Below are positions 1 to 13,796 of a stretch of DNA of 64,000 nucleotides, one piece after another; position 1 is the stretch's first letter, and each line of letters starts with the position of its first letter. The position numbers and the translations under genes were made by a program. The notes beneath the pieces are model-generated. The model did not search any database, was not told the origin of the DNA, and saw nothing but the letters and a program-made list of their open reading frames with translations. Source of the DNA: Octopus vulgaris (Eukaryota); assembly GCA_951406725.2 (NCBI GenBank), contig OX597831.1, forward strand, positions 50,778,001-50,842,000. Direction: 5' to 3'.

Positions 1-856
1 AAGCAAGGACTACTTCCGATGTATTTACACGATAGCATAACGAAAAATGAGTTTTTATTCATGGAAGATGAGGCTCCATTCCACACAGCGAAAAGAAATC
101 AACAATGGGATCAAAAAGCTTCCTTGGCCGAGCCAATCTCCTGACATGAACCCAACTGGAAAGTTTGGGAGCATACTAGATAGAGCTATACGAAAAACTC
201 GACAGAAACCTAAAAATAAAGATGAATTTTTTTCGATTGTTGCGTGAAAACTGAGCAGAAATTCCACAAAAGACAGTCACAAAAGTCATCAGGTCAATAC
301 TCTTACTCTTTTACTCTTTTACTTGTTTCAGTCAGTTAACTGCGGCCATGCCGGAGCACCGCCTTTAGTCGAGCAACTCGACCCCGGGACTTATTCTTTG
401 TAAGCCCAGTACTTATTCTATCGGTCTCTTTTGCCGAACCGCTAAGTGACGGGGACGTAAACACACCAGCATCGGTCAAGCAATGCTAGGGGGACAAACA
501 CAGACACACAAACACACACACATACATATATATATACATATATACGACAGGCTTCTTTCAGTTTCCGTCTACCAAATCCACTCACAAGGCATTGGTCGGC
601 CCGGGGCTATAGCAGAAGATACTTGCCCAAGATGCCACGCAGTGGGACTGAACCCGGAACCATGTGGTTGGTTAGCAAGCTACTTACCACACAGCCACTC
701 CTGCGCCAATGTCAAAAACAATTTCTTAATTAAAAACTGCAAAGGGAGTGTCAACTAAATACTAAAGTATATAGTCCTACCTATCAATTACATTTCAATT
801 GTTCGCTTTGCGTATTAAATAAGAGATTTTGAAAATTAAAGGTGTCTATTTACTTC

Positions 857-860
<4 letters not shown>
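1..860 (+). mobile_element. Tc1-like DNA transposon, decayed 3' part of transposase plus probable right end, interrupted by a SINE
   Basis: Broken frames give FMEDEAPFHTAK (QDxAPxH motif) and LPWPSQSPDMNP (Tc1 SPDLNPIE motif). Joining across the SINE at 299-706 restores VIRSMSKTIS*LKTAKGVSTKY*, the typical Tc1 C-terminus. A TIR-like ggtgtctatttacttcctgcacac runs into (CA)n. Confidence 0.8.
299..706 (-). mobile_element. tRNA-derived CORE-like SINE (family A), near full length
   Basis: The minus strand has head ggcgcaggagtggctgtgtggtaag...gggttcagtccc (A/B boxes), CORE-like tgcgtggcatcttgggcaagt, an internal TA/CA microsatellite and a tail ...ctgaaacaagtaaaagagtaaaagag. caat is duplicated on both sides. 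Many further copies occur in the window. Confidence 0.85.
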
Positions 861-945
<85 letters not shown>

Positions 946-946
<1 letters not shown>

Positions 947-1140
947 GCATAGGAGCGTTCCGTTGGTTACGACGACGAGGGCCCAAGCTGAAAGGATGAA
1001 CGGAACGGCTTGCTCATGAAATGAAATTAACGTGCAAGTGGCTGAGCCTTCCACAGACGCGTGTGCACTTAACGTAGTTCTCAGGGAGATTCAGCCTGAC
1101 ACACAGTGTAACAAGGCTGGCCCTTTAAGATACAGGTACG
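946..1140 (-). mobile_element. SINE fragment (Nin/Deu-domain-like body, family B)
   Basis: The reverse complement matches the body of the SINE at 26007-26396 (gctcagccacttgcacgttaatttca...ccctcgtcgtcgtaacc). Confidence 0.75.
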
Positions 1141-1420
1141 ACTACTGAGGACATCTCAGTACATGTCCTCAGATTGTACTGTCCTCAGATTGAGACCCAA
1201 ACACTCTGAAATGTTTGTATTGGAGCTTGTGGCGTGAATGCCAAGCAGTACAGCATTCCGCTTCCAAATTTCTGGCAAAGTGAATTGCGTCATGGTGCTG
1301 TTTTTCTAATAGACGGTGCCCAACTGACCCTATTAAACTGTGTAGTCGACAAAACCAAAAACAAACAAGTGTGTGTGTGTTTGTGTGTGTATGTGTATAC
1401 ATATATATATACGCATATAA

Positions 1421-1468
<48 letters not shown>

Positions 1469-2202
1469 GTGTGTTTACGTATGTGTATATACATGTATGC
1501 AGACACACATGCACAAATATAAACAGACAGACAGATAGATAGATACATAGATAGATACATACATACATGCATGCATGCATGCATGCATACATACATGCAT
1601 GCATGCATACATACATACATACATACATACATACATACAAACAAACAAACAAACAAACAAACATACATAGACATGTATATGTGTATATTTCTAATCTGCA
1701 CATATATCACACGATGCGTGTATATGTATTAAGAAACGGATTATAGCTATGAATACATTTTTTATACTTTATATTTATTAGAAATATGTCGATAACTCAT
1801 TTCATTGCTTCACAGAGTAGCCGTGGAAATAATACACGTACCATCAACAGTACACTTTTTTCCAAAAATGAATTAGGATATTCTTCGATAATGCATAGCG
1901 AGTCTAATGTTGATTGGTAGAATCTGATCCTGTTTACTTATAAACGGCTACCAAAAGGTTTAACAGCACGTTTGCTGCTATGCAAAGAAAACCATTCGGT
2001 CAGAATATGATATCATCGTCTCAATTTCTTGTACTCAAATACTTCCTTACAAACGCCTCTCTCCAACACACACACACAAAAACAGCGAATTATTTTAATC
2101 AAGCACAAGCAGTTGATGTTATTCTGCTAGATATTTGCATGGACGAATGGCACATTTAAAATTTTATGAAAATTACAAAAGAAGGCGAGGGCATTTATAA
2201 TA

Positions 2203-3451
2203 TTACGTTGGAAACTAAGTTCCCACCGTTTTTTTTTATTTAAATCTTTTAAAAGGTTTAATAAATAAAACAACTAATAATGTATTCACACTTGTTGTTT
2301 ATAACTTCTTCCCAACGTTCAACAAGATTTTCAATACCTCGTTGGTAGAAATCACCCGATTTCGACTCGAAAAATTGATTCAACCAAGCTCTCAATTCTA
2401 CATCACAATTGAACGAAACTCCGCGCATAGCATTTGAAAGAGATCGAAAGAGGTGGAAATCTGTTGGCACTAAATCAGCAGAGTACGGCGGGTGTGGCAG
2501 CACTTCCTTGGTCATATTGGCGATATGAGAGCGGGCGTTGTCGTGCAGCAGAACACCATGATGACGATTAGGCCTTTTCTCTTGAATAGCCGTGTTGAGT
2601 CGTTCCATCTTTTGAACATAGAGTTCCGCGTTGACCGTTTGGTTCCGTTCAAGCAATACGTAATGGATAATCCATTCCCAGTCCCACCATACGCACAACA
2701 TCGTTTTACGCGGATGAAGATCTTGTCTCACGCGCGATATCACTTGTTTTCCGGGGCTAAACCATTCCTTAAGCTGCTACATATTGATGTACAGGCACCA
2801 TTTTTCGTCGCCAGAAACGATTCGGTAAAGAAATCGTTGCTTGTGTCCATGAGTTGAGCGGTGACGAGCAAGCAAACCAGCGGAGATTGTGGCTCGTAGA
2901 TTTTTTTTGTTGTCACTTAAAGCATGCAGAACTCACGCGCCATACTTCTGAACCTTTCTCATCGAGTGAAGATGCTTCTCTATAGCAGTGTGGGAACATT
3001 CCATTTCCTCTGTCAGTTCTCTTGTTGTTTGACGAGAATTTTCATGCAAAAGTTGGTTTCATCGGTCTTCATTGAACTCAACTGGACGATCAGAACGAGG
3101 TGCGTCTTTGAGGTCAAAATTTCCATTTTTGAACTTGACATACCAATCACGAGCGGTACTTTCAGCTATGGCACCCTCTACATACACATCATAAATATCG
3201 CGAGCAGCTTTTGCTGCCTTAGAACTTTGATTAAAAGCAAAAAGAAGGAGGTGTCGAAAATGCTCATTTTTCTTAAGTCGACATTCCATTTTAATGATCT
3301 GAAAATAAACAAAAATTAGCCAAAATTAACTAGAAAACAATATTCTAAAATGATTCAAAAATAAAATTCTCGAAAAAAATAGATTCCAAAATCCAAAACG
3401 CAATAAATTCCAAAATTTAAAAAAACGGCGGGAACTTAGTTGCCAACCCAA
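2203..3451 (-). mobile_element. mariner transposon with both TIRs and TA target duplication; transposase disrupted
   Basis: Left TIR ttacgttggaaactaagttcccaccgtttttt matches the reverse complement of the right end, ttgggttggcaactaagttcccgccgtttttt, each flanked by TA. Transposase pieces 3289->2258: HFRHLLLFAFN..., SGDEKWCLY, HDNARSH, HPPYSADLVPTDFHLF (D,D34D-type). Stops and frameshifts split the ORF. Confidence 0.95.
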
Positions 3452-3689
3452 TACAATTATGTTTAGATTCAACTTAACAGTGCACGTATGTATAGCATAT
3501 ATATCATAGATTATCATTTGTAATTTAAACTTCAAATGAAATGCCATTAGCTATATTACTAGCATTAATGAACTAAATGCACATATATCTGTATTTGATT
3601 AACTTTAAAATATATATAAAATATGAAAATAGTTCAAGATATTCAGCAAATCATTATTTCAAAAGTAAATTGAAAAACAATAATGGCTG

Positions 3690-4831
3690 CCTTATGCGTC
3701 GCGAAATTTTGCTTATCTAAAATTATCCAGTTCTATATCTAACAAATAGATCCTCAGATTTCTCCTTTCGCATACGCATAATCTACATCACTGATTAGCT
3801 AATAGCTGTTATATCATTTGCCGAATGCTTTCTCAACCGAATGTGAAGAATAAAACGCTTTCTCAACCGGATATGAGAAATAAAACGCTAAGAACAGCAA
3901 CTTCAATCTGAAATAAATCATAATTATTTATAGCCAAAGTTTCCAAAGAGCATCTAGTATTCATTTTGCAATTCTTTGCGTTATTTAGAGATATCTTTAG
4001 CAATGGTTTTTACATCGAATTGGAATATATTTGCCGTCAATTCGTGTATGTTAAACTCTGCAAGATCCTTAAATCTAGTTTTCATATCGTTCTTCAATAC
4101 TAGAAGCCGAAGATAATATTCTATACCAGTTTCTGTAAAATATTAATTATCTGTATATATTTCTACAAATATCTTTGGACCAGGGAAACGATAAATATTC
4201 TGACTAGCTATGATATTTTACTAAATTAATATGTTTATAAATAATGCTATTATTTTGTTTGCTTTCATAAGAGACATCTTGTTTTCTTGCACTTAAAGAG
4301 TGATTTCACTTAATTTGTTAAAAATATTGGTAAAGTAAGCAATATCTACTTTTCACATCAAATTTTACAACATTTATTCAAGAGCTCAATCGTAATGATT
4401 ATAAAAGCTTCTCCGACACTTTACTTTTGAAATCCGCCTAACCTCAGTATGCATTAAAAACTGCCAAGTTTTCGGTTTCATAGTAAAGAGAATGAAATAC
4501 ACGTGTAGTTATAGGATGAACTTTCATTCTATTCACTATTTTGATTACAAGTTGTAAAATTTCATTGAGTTACTGACTCGTTTATGACTCTTTCCAGTTA
4601 ACCGTTGCCTACGAACAACGTGGTGGATGATAACCGTATTTGCAAATGTTCACTTTTTAAGTGGATTATAAATCTAAGATGACGACCAATCGATGAAGGC
4701 ACCCTGTCAGTAATACATTCAATAGTGTTGGTAAAAGGAATTACTTTACCGTTGAAGAATTTCTCTGCAATTTTGTATAAGTTTAATAGCATCTTTTCAA
4801 CACTTTCTTGTTCGTTATTGACGAAGCACAC
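3690..4831 (-). pseudogene. Decayed hAT (Charlie/Buster, ZBED8/SCAND3-like) transposase
   Basis: Minus-strand peptides IPFTNTIECITDRVPSSIGRHLRFIIHLK (CxTDGAPSMxG motif), LKNDMKTRFKDL, ELQNE and a KLLFLAF...VEKAF segment resembling the hAT C-terminal dimerisation region. Many stops. Confidence 0.7.
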
Positions 4832-5298
4832 ATGTCAGTAAATATGACGTTGTGTTGTTTCATTAGGTTACAAAATATTCACTTATTTTTATTGTATCAC
4901 GGAAACGTTGGATAACATTCTGCTAGGTTCACCGCACATAGGTAGGGTGATTATTGCTAGAATGTGTTTGATTATGGATTTGCTCTATCAACCAGGTATG
5001 GGGAAAGCATCTACGTGGTCTCTCAACATGTTATATATACATAGCAACCGAATCTCTCTCAAAGCACATCATACAATGTGTATTCAAAAAAGGAGGGATA
5101 CGCTAAGCAAATGTAGTCTCTCTCGTGTACAAAATAATGATATCGCTACAGTTGGAACGGTTTGGTTCCTGGATTTCTTAAATCAGAGTAGTGCTGGAGT
5201 CGGCACAAACTTGTATTTGATATTATAAGCAGTTTGTTTGATTCTAACACTGACAAATTTCTGAGTAGAATCAAAAGAAGAATGATAAGTTACTTTAA

Positions 5299-5495
5299 AG
5301 GCGGCGAGCTGGGAAAGAAATCATTCGCACGTTGGAGAATTGCTTAGTGTCATTTCTTCCAGCTCTTTATGATCTGAGTTGAAATCTACCGAGATCAACT
5401 TTACCTCTCGTCTCTTTGTGGGTTGATACACTAAAGTACCAGTCACGTGGTGAGATCGATGTAATCGACTTGTCCCCTTCCCTCAAAATTGCTAA
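5299..5495 (+). mobile_element. tRNA-derived SINE family C (degenerate)
   Basis: ggcggcgagctgg head, tctgagttgaaat B-box and gatcgatgtaatcgact body, as in the copy at 20720. Confidence 0.7.
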
Positions 5496-5734
5496 CCTTG
5501 AACCCTAAGACGGACTGGGGTCTCGCTCAAGAGAGTTTTGTGCTTTCAGTCACTTATACGCCTTGGAAACCTGGTAACCAGTCTTATAAGTTCTTAGGGC
5601 TAGAAAAATGCATAAACACTAACGGTAAGCAACCTAGAGTTAAAAAATTATTTAACAGAAGTTTAAAATATATATCTCGAATATCATAAGGCATTTAGTA
5701 ATAGGATTTGAGATTTTATAAGATGTTGTAATTC

Positions 5735-6160
5735 TTTCTCCGATAGGCAGAGAGCCTGAAAGTTTGGGGTAGATCGTGGTCAATTTCACAGACTCCAGTG
5801 TTCAACTGATATTTATTCTATTGACCCCGAATGGCTGAATGGTAAAGTTGACCTTGGCAGAATTTGAACTCAGAACGTAAAAACATACGAAATGCCGCTC
5901 AGCATTTTACCCGGCGCAGTAACCACTCGGCCAGCTTGCCGTCTTTGGTTTCAAGTTTTGGCAATAATCCAGCAGTTTGGGGGAAGAGGCTAAGTCGAAT
6001 TCATAAACTCTAGTGCACGATTGGTACCTATTTTATCGGCCCCAAAAGGATGAAAAGTAAAGTCGACCTCGGCGGAATTTGAAATTTGATTGTAAAGACA
6101 GACGAAATGTCACTAAGCTTTTTGCCCGGTATGCTAACGATTCTGCCAGCTCGCCGCCTT
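5735..6160 (-). mobile_element. Two head-to-tail SINE family C copies
   Basis: Two successive reverse-complement copies, each with gaatttgaa and gccagct(c/t)gcc head motifs. Confidence 0.75.
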
Positions 6161-7789
6161 ATATAAGATGTAATGATAAAAAAAAAACTTTCTCAACTGT
6201 TGTTTAATCTATTTTAAGTAGCTTTTGAAATATTGCATCGTCTTTAATTTAATTTCAATACCGCCAAATAATTTAATTTATATTGACGTTATACGGATGG
6301 TTTGTTTAAAAGTGTTCAATCGGTCTCATGGGTTTCATTTGTTTCTGCATGCTTCTTTTCCCTTTTGGCAAATTTAGCAAATAAATATTGATTAATAATG
6401 CAAAGAAAAACACTGCATTTCAAGCAATCAATTTAATAATCCTGACACACTCTCTTTCTTGTGAATTCATTTCCGTGGATTAACAACGATAGTTACCGAA
6501 ATATCCCAAAGTAAACTATATTGTATTTAATTGCAGGAAAAGCAACATTCTATTAATAAGTTATTAATAATAACGTATGTACACACAAAATCACCTTCGT
6601 ATATACATGTGTGTGTGTGTATGTCTGTACATAAACACATGTTGTCACTTATGATCACTAAAGGAAGTGTTTTTAATAATGATAAGTTATTAACAATAAG
6701 TTAACAATAATGATCAAGAATAGTGTTTATCACAGAGTTTGAAGAAATGAATGCTGAAGTACTAAACTAAAACATTCGTATATATTCATTTTAAAAACAT
6801 ACATTTAAATCAAGTTTAACCGTTTAATAAATAATATCCAATTAAAAAGTTGTATTACTAATATAAACCAAAAAATAAAATTTTTAAATGAGGGCATTTT
6901 TACACGACGCATCATCAGCCATGATTTTAGTCACTAGTACACAATGCTTTATAGTCTAATCCCGGTGAAGAATATTTTGAAGATACGTTTAAAATATAAG
7001 TGTTGCATCAGGTTCAAATACTTTAACTCTATAAGCAATCAGGACCTCTCAAAACAATGAGCGCCCGCACAGAGCCTCATAACATCTTCCAGCCAACAAC
7101 CCTAGAGGGAGCTATCGACAAGGTTAAGAGCAATCCTTGTACTATCTAAAAATGCTGCCATCCTGCATATCATTTGGAACTATATTCCTTCTTAGAATTT
7201 TGGTGTTTGAGAATTTAGTTCAAAGAAGATTGGTTTGCCGCGTTTTAAGATCTCAGTCGGACTATAAGCATCCCCAAAGACCTTTCGTTTTGGTACTCAC
7301 TTCACGCCACTCGAAATGTCCTCTATCACCGTAAACTCATCTAGCTCTGACATAAGTGAGAAACTTTCAGTAACGTTGAAAAATGAATAGTGAACATTTT
7401 TTTTTCTTTTTAATAACGTTTAAAATCATGTCTACACGTGACTACAAAGGCAACAGAAAACAGCTAACGGAAAGATAGCACTTGCTATCAAGCCAACCGC
7501 AATTTCTAGTGTTGGTTGAAGTGTTGTATGCATAGAAAGCTATACAAACAAAAGAAAAGTACACTGAGTACATGACGAGTACTTTAAATAACTGTACCCA
7601 CATTTTGACTAAAAATTCCTTTGTTCGTATCATAATCTCAGTGACTAGTGATATTTACTAGTGGGGAGACAACTCTGGTGAATTAAATAGTGATGATCTG
7701 CCTATATTTCACCGCATCTTTTACCTTTTTATTTTTCACTCATGTCAGTCATTGGCTGCCGAATAATTGTCACATAATATATTTACAAA

Positions 7790-8058
7790 TAATTTCTTCT
7801 GTTTACATAATATCGAGGTCTCTTTCATTCTTTTATTGTCTTGCTATTTCTATCAATATATATATATAGGGAGAGTTGACGAAAAAAACAAAAGACGAAG
7901 ACAGGTGGTGTACAAAACAAACATATGTATTAGTATAAAGCTCAGGAATAGAAAAAGTCATTTACGTTTCGAGCCTACGCTCTTCTACAGAAAGGGACAC
8001 AGAAAAAACAAGGAGAGAAAAAAATGTGTGTAGCGGCTAACGATCTATCATGGCGACT
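7790..8058 (-). mobile_element. Penelope-like pseudo-LTR fragment with hammerhead-like motif
   Basis: 7868-8058 is homologous to 19921-20100 and 7795-7860 is homologous to 63315-63385. Minus-strand ctgtaga-agagc-gtag-gctc-gaaacgt. Adjacent to (TA)n. Confidence 0.6.
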
Positions 8059-8060
8059 AG

Positions 8061-8113
<53 letters not shown>

Positions 8114-8612
8114 CACATTAAATAATATGTGTATATATATATCTACATATATGTGTATACTATGGTTGTATGCACTGATGTATGTAGGTGAATGTATACG
8201 TATATGCTTATGTATGTATAAGTATGTATGTATTCATATGTGTATATACGTATATATATATGTGTGTATATGTGTATATATGTGTGGATATATATACATG
8301 TAAATATATGCATTATATGTGTGTGTTTATGTAGGCTGGGCCCCTCCATTGCCTATATATGGAGTATGGATATATGTGCATATATACGCGCACTTTAGAA
8401 TATTCAGACTTGTACGTATAGGAGTGTGCCTGCGTAAATATATGTATATGAATACCTATATTTGTATAATTGTCGGTATCTCTTTTTAACTATACGCATG
8501 TGGGTGTATGTATATGCATGTGTATGGGTGCATATATATATATATATATTGGTGTGTGTACACATGTGAATCTACGTATATTTGTATGTATATGCATGTA
8601 TACATATGTATG

Positions 8613-8663
<51 letters not shown>

Positions 8664-8896
8664 ATGTTTATGTAAGTATGTCTATGTGTATATATTTGTG
8701 AATATGCATTTTTATATATACGTGTGTGTATGAGAGAGAGAGACTGTCCATGTATATATGCGTGTATATATATATATGTACGTATACACATATATATATT
8801 TGTATTATACGTATGTATGTCTATATGCATGCGTATGTATGTTGAAATATTATGTATATATATGTATGTATGTATGTATGTGTGCATGTATGTATA

Positions 8897-8953
<57 letters not shown>

Positions 8954-10352
8954 CAAGAAGGGCGAATGTATTTCCACGCAGGAAAAAATATAGGCTAATT
9001 TGTTTTTGAAAATGCACCTAAATTTGAAAGACTTATAATTGTTTAAAATATACGAAACTAGTTTCAATATTATTTTTTGTTTATCAATTGTAAAAGTTCA
9101 GAATTATACATTAGGAAAAACATCTTTAAATGTTTCAACGTTGATAAATAAAAATTTTATAATAGACAAGTTAAGAATTATGTATTAGAAAAACATTAAA
9201 TTTTCATAACAGTCAATAATACAAAAAACTGTGCATCAATTTGTTTGAATGTACAATGCTCATTATTGTTAGTAATGGTCGACAAGAAATTAATATCATT
9301 AGTTTCAGTCATACTGAGTTAAGACGGAATAAAACAAGGGGGAAATGAAGATATTAAAACCAGGGTATTCGGTTTACAATTTCTCTGATACTGTTTCAGT
9401 CGTGTATAGGGACTTTTGCTTTTAAGTGTCTCTTTTGGACTCCGGTTTAGTTATAATTTTTTTTTCCGCGAGCGGATCTAATTTTTGATTCGTTTAAGTG
9501 CTTGTGACGTCTTGTTGTTCCGGTGGTTAAGTTTGTCGTTCGTCTGGTTGGCTTCCCTGTGGGGAACGATCATCAATCGTTCCGGTTGCTTGAGTCTCTT
9601 AAAGATTCAATTTGTTGTATTTGCTGAAGTTCGGTTTTTATTGCTCTAGAGTTAAGTAACGTTAACTACTGGTGTTTGCGAAATTTGATTCGTCTAAAGA
9701 TAGTTGACGTTGGCAACTGGTGTTTGTATGGTGTTATTTTATGGTGATTTGGAGTTGCGGTTTCGAAAGCCGGGTGGAAGACTGTTACTTAAGGTTTTAA
9801 AATTGTTTGTTGTTCCTGATTATTTTTTTATTTTTTTATTTTGTGGAGAAATTGAGTCTTTTTTTCTTTTTCATACCACAGTATGAAACAGTCATCTACG
9901 TAGCGTTTCCAGTTGGTGAGTAAGTATTTTTGGAAGTTGTCTCCAAATTTCAGTCTAGCGTGTTCGCATATTTGGACTTCCAAGTATGCGATCACAAGTT
10001 TGGAGAATAGGTTTAAGGAGGACGTCAATAAACTTACTGAGTCTGTGCGTCTCACACGAGGGACCGGCCACAATTGGTCTCATTTTGAGAATTCTCGGGT
10101 GTGGAATATTTATGGCTACAGAAGTTGTTTTGTTACAGGATTCTTTTATGGCTTCACTTTTGTAGATTTGGGGAAGTCCATAACTGTTGCTGGTTTTGCG
10201 GTCAAATCTAGTCAAGTAATCTCTCTCTCCTTTTCCGTTAAACCTTGTTGGACCTGGTGGAAATTGGTAGAAAGTCTAATCATTATCTTGGATTGACTGT
10301 AGTTGTTGATTTTTTTGTAGTAGATATTTGTCTTGAAGGATGATTGGGCTAG

Positions 10353-10560
10353 TACATTATTTACATTATTTACATTCGACGGATATTTGTCCTCATATTG
10401 TTTGTTGTTGTTAACACACTTCTTCAAGTGTCTTGGGGAAATTTCGAAACTGAGTTCTCCAAGACACCTGAAGAAGACTGGTGAGTATATCAGCCGAAAC
10501 GTTGTGTTAAAAATAAACAAGATGAGGACAAATATCTGTCAAATGTAAATAATATAAATA
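10353..10560. repeat. Foldback (inverted-repeat) element inserted in the PLE, carrying a hammerhead-like motif
   Basis: Left arm tatttacattcgacggatatttgtcctcatattgttt...ttcttcaagtgtcttgg pairs with right arm ccaagacacctgaagaag...aaacaagatgaggacaaatatctgtcaaatgtaaata. Confidence 0.85.
10464..10507 (+). ncRNA. Minimal type I hammerhead ribozyme-like motif
   Basis: acac-CTGAAGA-a-gactggt..atcagcc-GAAAC-GTT-gtgt: intact CUGANGA and GAAA cores, stem I acac/gtgt, stem II with one mismatch, palindromic AACGTT at stem III. Confidence 0.7.
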
Positions 10561-13541
10561 TGGAAACCTAATCGCAAAAGTTATCCAGAGTTTGATTTCT
10601 TCCTTTTGTCGAACTCTAGATACTTTTATTGCGAAAAATCGATTGATCATTATTTTCTTCATTCAGCAGTTCTTCAGTGATGCGAAGTTTTCTACAGAAT
10701 TCCTGGACATTATTTTGTATATAATTTCGGTTCGACTTTAGTGGTGTTCGGGTAAACTTCAATCCCTTTGTGAGAATTTTGATTTCTTGGTCTAAAATTA
10801 TTTTATGTCAGAGATTTATAACTTTCGGGATCTCACATTTGGGTGGTGCCATCGAGTGTCTCGGTTTAGGCCCGGTTTGTCTAAAAAATGGTTTCTTGGG
10901 TTTTGATATAAGGAATTAGTGTTCCTGTTGATTGTCCTTCCGCTTATCCTTGGTCTATTGTGGGCTTTCCGTTGCGGTCGGCTCTGCGTGGGGTAGTCTT
11001 AATGGCTATATCCTGTTTGGACGAGGTTCTTATTGTGGAAGAAATGTCTCGAGTGGGAGACGTCCCAGCCTCTTCTTTGGTCCTGTTCGAAGTCTTCTTT
11101 ATGTGAGATGTGTCTCGGATGTGGGGAGTTCTTATTTTTCTTATAGTTCTGTTCGAAAGAGTTATTCATGAAGAGGTTACGTCTGAGATGTGGAGGGTTC
11201 TTGGGGTAAGATGGGTTCTGTATCTTTGAGTGGGGGTGTTTTGTCTTGTGGTGAAGGGTTCAATGGAATTTCCCATTTTGTGTTTTTGATGAGTATTAAG
11301 AACCCTGGAGAGCGTATTGGTTCTTCGTGGTTCTGGATGGGCATTCCGGTATTTTTCCGGTAGTGACTTTCTTCCGGTTATGTTGAGTTCGTAATTTTTA
11401 GTTTTTTTGTTTTTGCTTTTTTCAAGAAAGGGTTATCAGATTAGTATTCCTCCTTGAATTTTTCCTCTTAGTGATTGAACCAATCGTTGTTTTCTTCCCA
11501 TCTTTGAAGTGAGATTACTTCCGTGTTTTCACAGTTCTTTCTCCAGAGTAGAGTGATATTAAAAAGTTCCCCTTGAGCTTTTTCGCATCTCATTGGATAT
11601 CAATAATGTCTGTTTTACACATAAGATGACCTATTTACAACCTTCTTAACTAAACGAAAATGTAAAGGCTCAACTGAATGAGCGAGAGCTAACAACAGAA
11701 ATTATCTAACTATAAGAACAATCACACTCTAGTGCATGAGTTAAAACGGGATTGTCCCACAGAGAACGTTTCCAGTTGATTTTGAATATCTCTTCGTGTG
11801 TATGTATATATATATATATACGTGTAGGTATGCTTCTGTGCCAATAAATGTATGTATCTATGTATGAGGACTGGGGTAATGTATGTACGTTTGTATGTAT
11901 CTCTCCATCCCACTATACATAGAAACAATCAGATACACATATACAAATATATACATATACATGCAAATTACAAACATTTATAGGCACAAATATGTTTCCA
12001 TAAACATATGCATACAACCATACATACATACATCTATCCATCCAGTCTTCCATGCATCCATCCATCCATCCATACATCCATGCATACATACATACATGCA
12101 TACAGACAACACACATATACATACGCATACATACAAGCAAAACAATTCATGCATACATAGAGGCATGCATAGATGCATTCACTTACAGACACACTCACAC
12201 ACATACATATATACATAACATAACAATATATATGCATAAGAGAACTTATCAAACTAAAGTGTCAAGGTTCAGTAATAACAATGTCGACCGTTGTTGAGGA
12301 AAGCTGTTCTTGTATTGTGAGTCTTACATAATGTGTAATAAATTTGGCTGTCATTTTCAGAAGAGTTGCAAACAGCCGATAACAGTTTTATTGGATTCGT
12401 TGAAAATTTTTGCAGGAAGGTGGAAAACTTATTTGCTTACCTACCCAAAGAATATAAACTTACAAACACAGCAACATACACTAGGAAAATTGCAAAACGT
12501 AATGCAACATGAAATACGTATGAAAAATATAATGGAGCGGATGAAAGGGAATTGCTGGCAGGTAATTTATATAAAGTTAATTGTAAGCATTGAGCGTTCG
12601 GTTCTGGTGAAGCGTAACGTTGTCCTTAATTCCACCATATTTTAAAGAGAATTTTGGCATCGGTTTTTTCATTCCGCTTCCTACTTTCTTCTGCTCGTAA
12701 CGATAACTGATAATTTTCTGTTTAACTTCAGTCTTTCATTAAAACATTTACCATGATAAGGTAGCTTTTGTTTCTTTTTACAGTTTGGAGAGGGGCTAAA
12801 TTAGCTCTTTTAACATATACTATATATACTTTAAATTTCTCTTAGTAATTTTCTATGAAAATTTCATCAACTCACAAAACTATTGTCCCTCATATGAGTG
12901 TGCTTTTATATTTGATGATACTAGTGTGACAAGCAGACTGTTACACAAAAGTTTCCGAACTAGGACGGGATCGATTAGGTGATAGAAACCGCAATGCAAC
13001 TTGAAATTTATCATTATTCCCTGAATACCACCAAAGCAGAAAATTTATTAAAACATAAATACCGGAATTAATGAGTAAAAGAAAGCGATATTTTGTTACG
13101 GTTATGCTTTTGTAGCAGTAGATGAGAAGCAGTTCAACCACAACTTAAATGGAAATTTAACTACTTTTTATTCCTTTCACTAACATTGATAGATGTTTCT
13201 TCTTTATCAAAGCAATTCGCTTGGGAATTTATTCTCTAAAATATGGTAATTTTTACGCATACTCGTGTATATTAACGTTGAAAAGTGGAGTTTATTGTCT
13301 TAAAATAATGAAAGTAATTTGTGATGGCAATGAAACTACACTAAGCGGTAATAGTGAGAGTGAAATTCGATAATAAAAACTAAATGAAAAGAAATACGTC
13401 AGCTGGCTGAACCTGAATATATTTATAAAACATAATAAAAAATGTATAGAACATATATATAGTTAAAATGAAATACAACCGTCATTAATACTCTAAATGA
13501 GATTAAATTTTTTGTAATATCTGAACCTATATATTTACAAT

Positions 13542-13796
13542 GTGGAGGCGCGTGGCTTAGGGGTTAGGGTGTCAGTACCATGATCGTAAGATTGTGGTTT
13601 CGATTCCTTGTGTTCTTGAGCAAAACACTTCATTTCACGTTGCTCCAGCCCACTCAGCTGGCAAAAATGAGCAACGCTGCGATGGACTGGCGTCCCGTCC
13701 AGCTGGGGAACACATACGCTATAGAAACCGAGAAACCGGGCCCATGAGCCTGGCTAGGCTTTAAAAGGGCTCATTTATTATAATAATAATAATAAC

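Larger units (their letters stand above)
9828..11640 (-). mobile_element. Penelope-like retroelement, decayed N-terminal region plus RT
   Basis: Minus-strand peptides PKVINL...EIKILTKGLKFTRTP (PLE N-terminal motif), YGLPQIYKS...MRPIVAGPSCETHRLSKFIDVLLKP and WKRYVDDCFILW (RT catalytic YxDD). Frameshifts and deletions are present. Confidence 0.85.
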
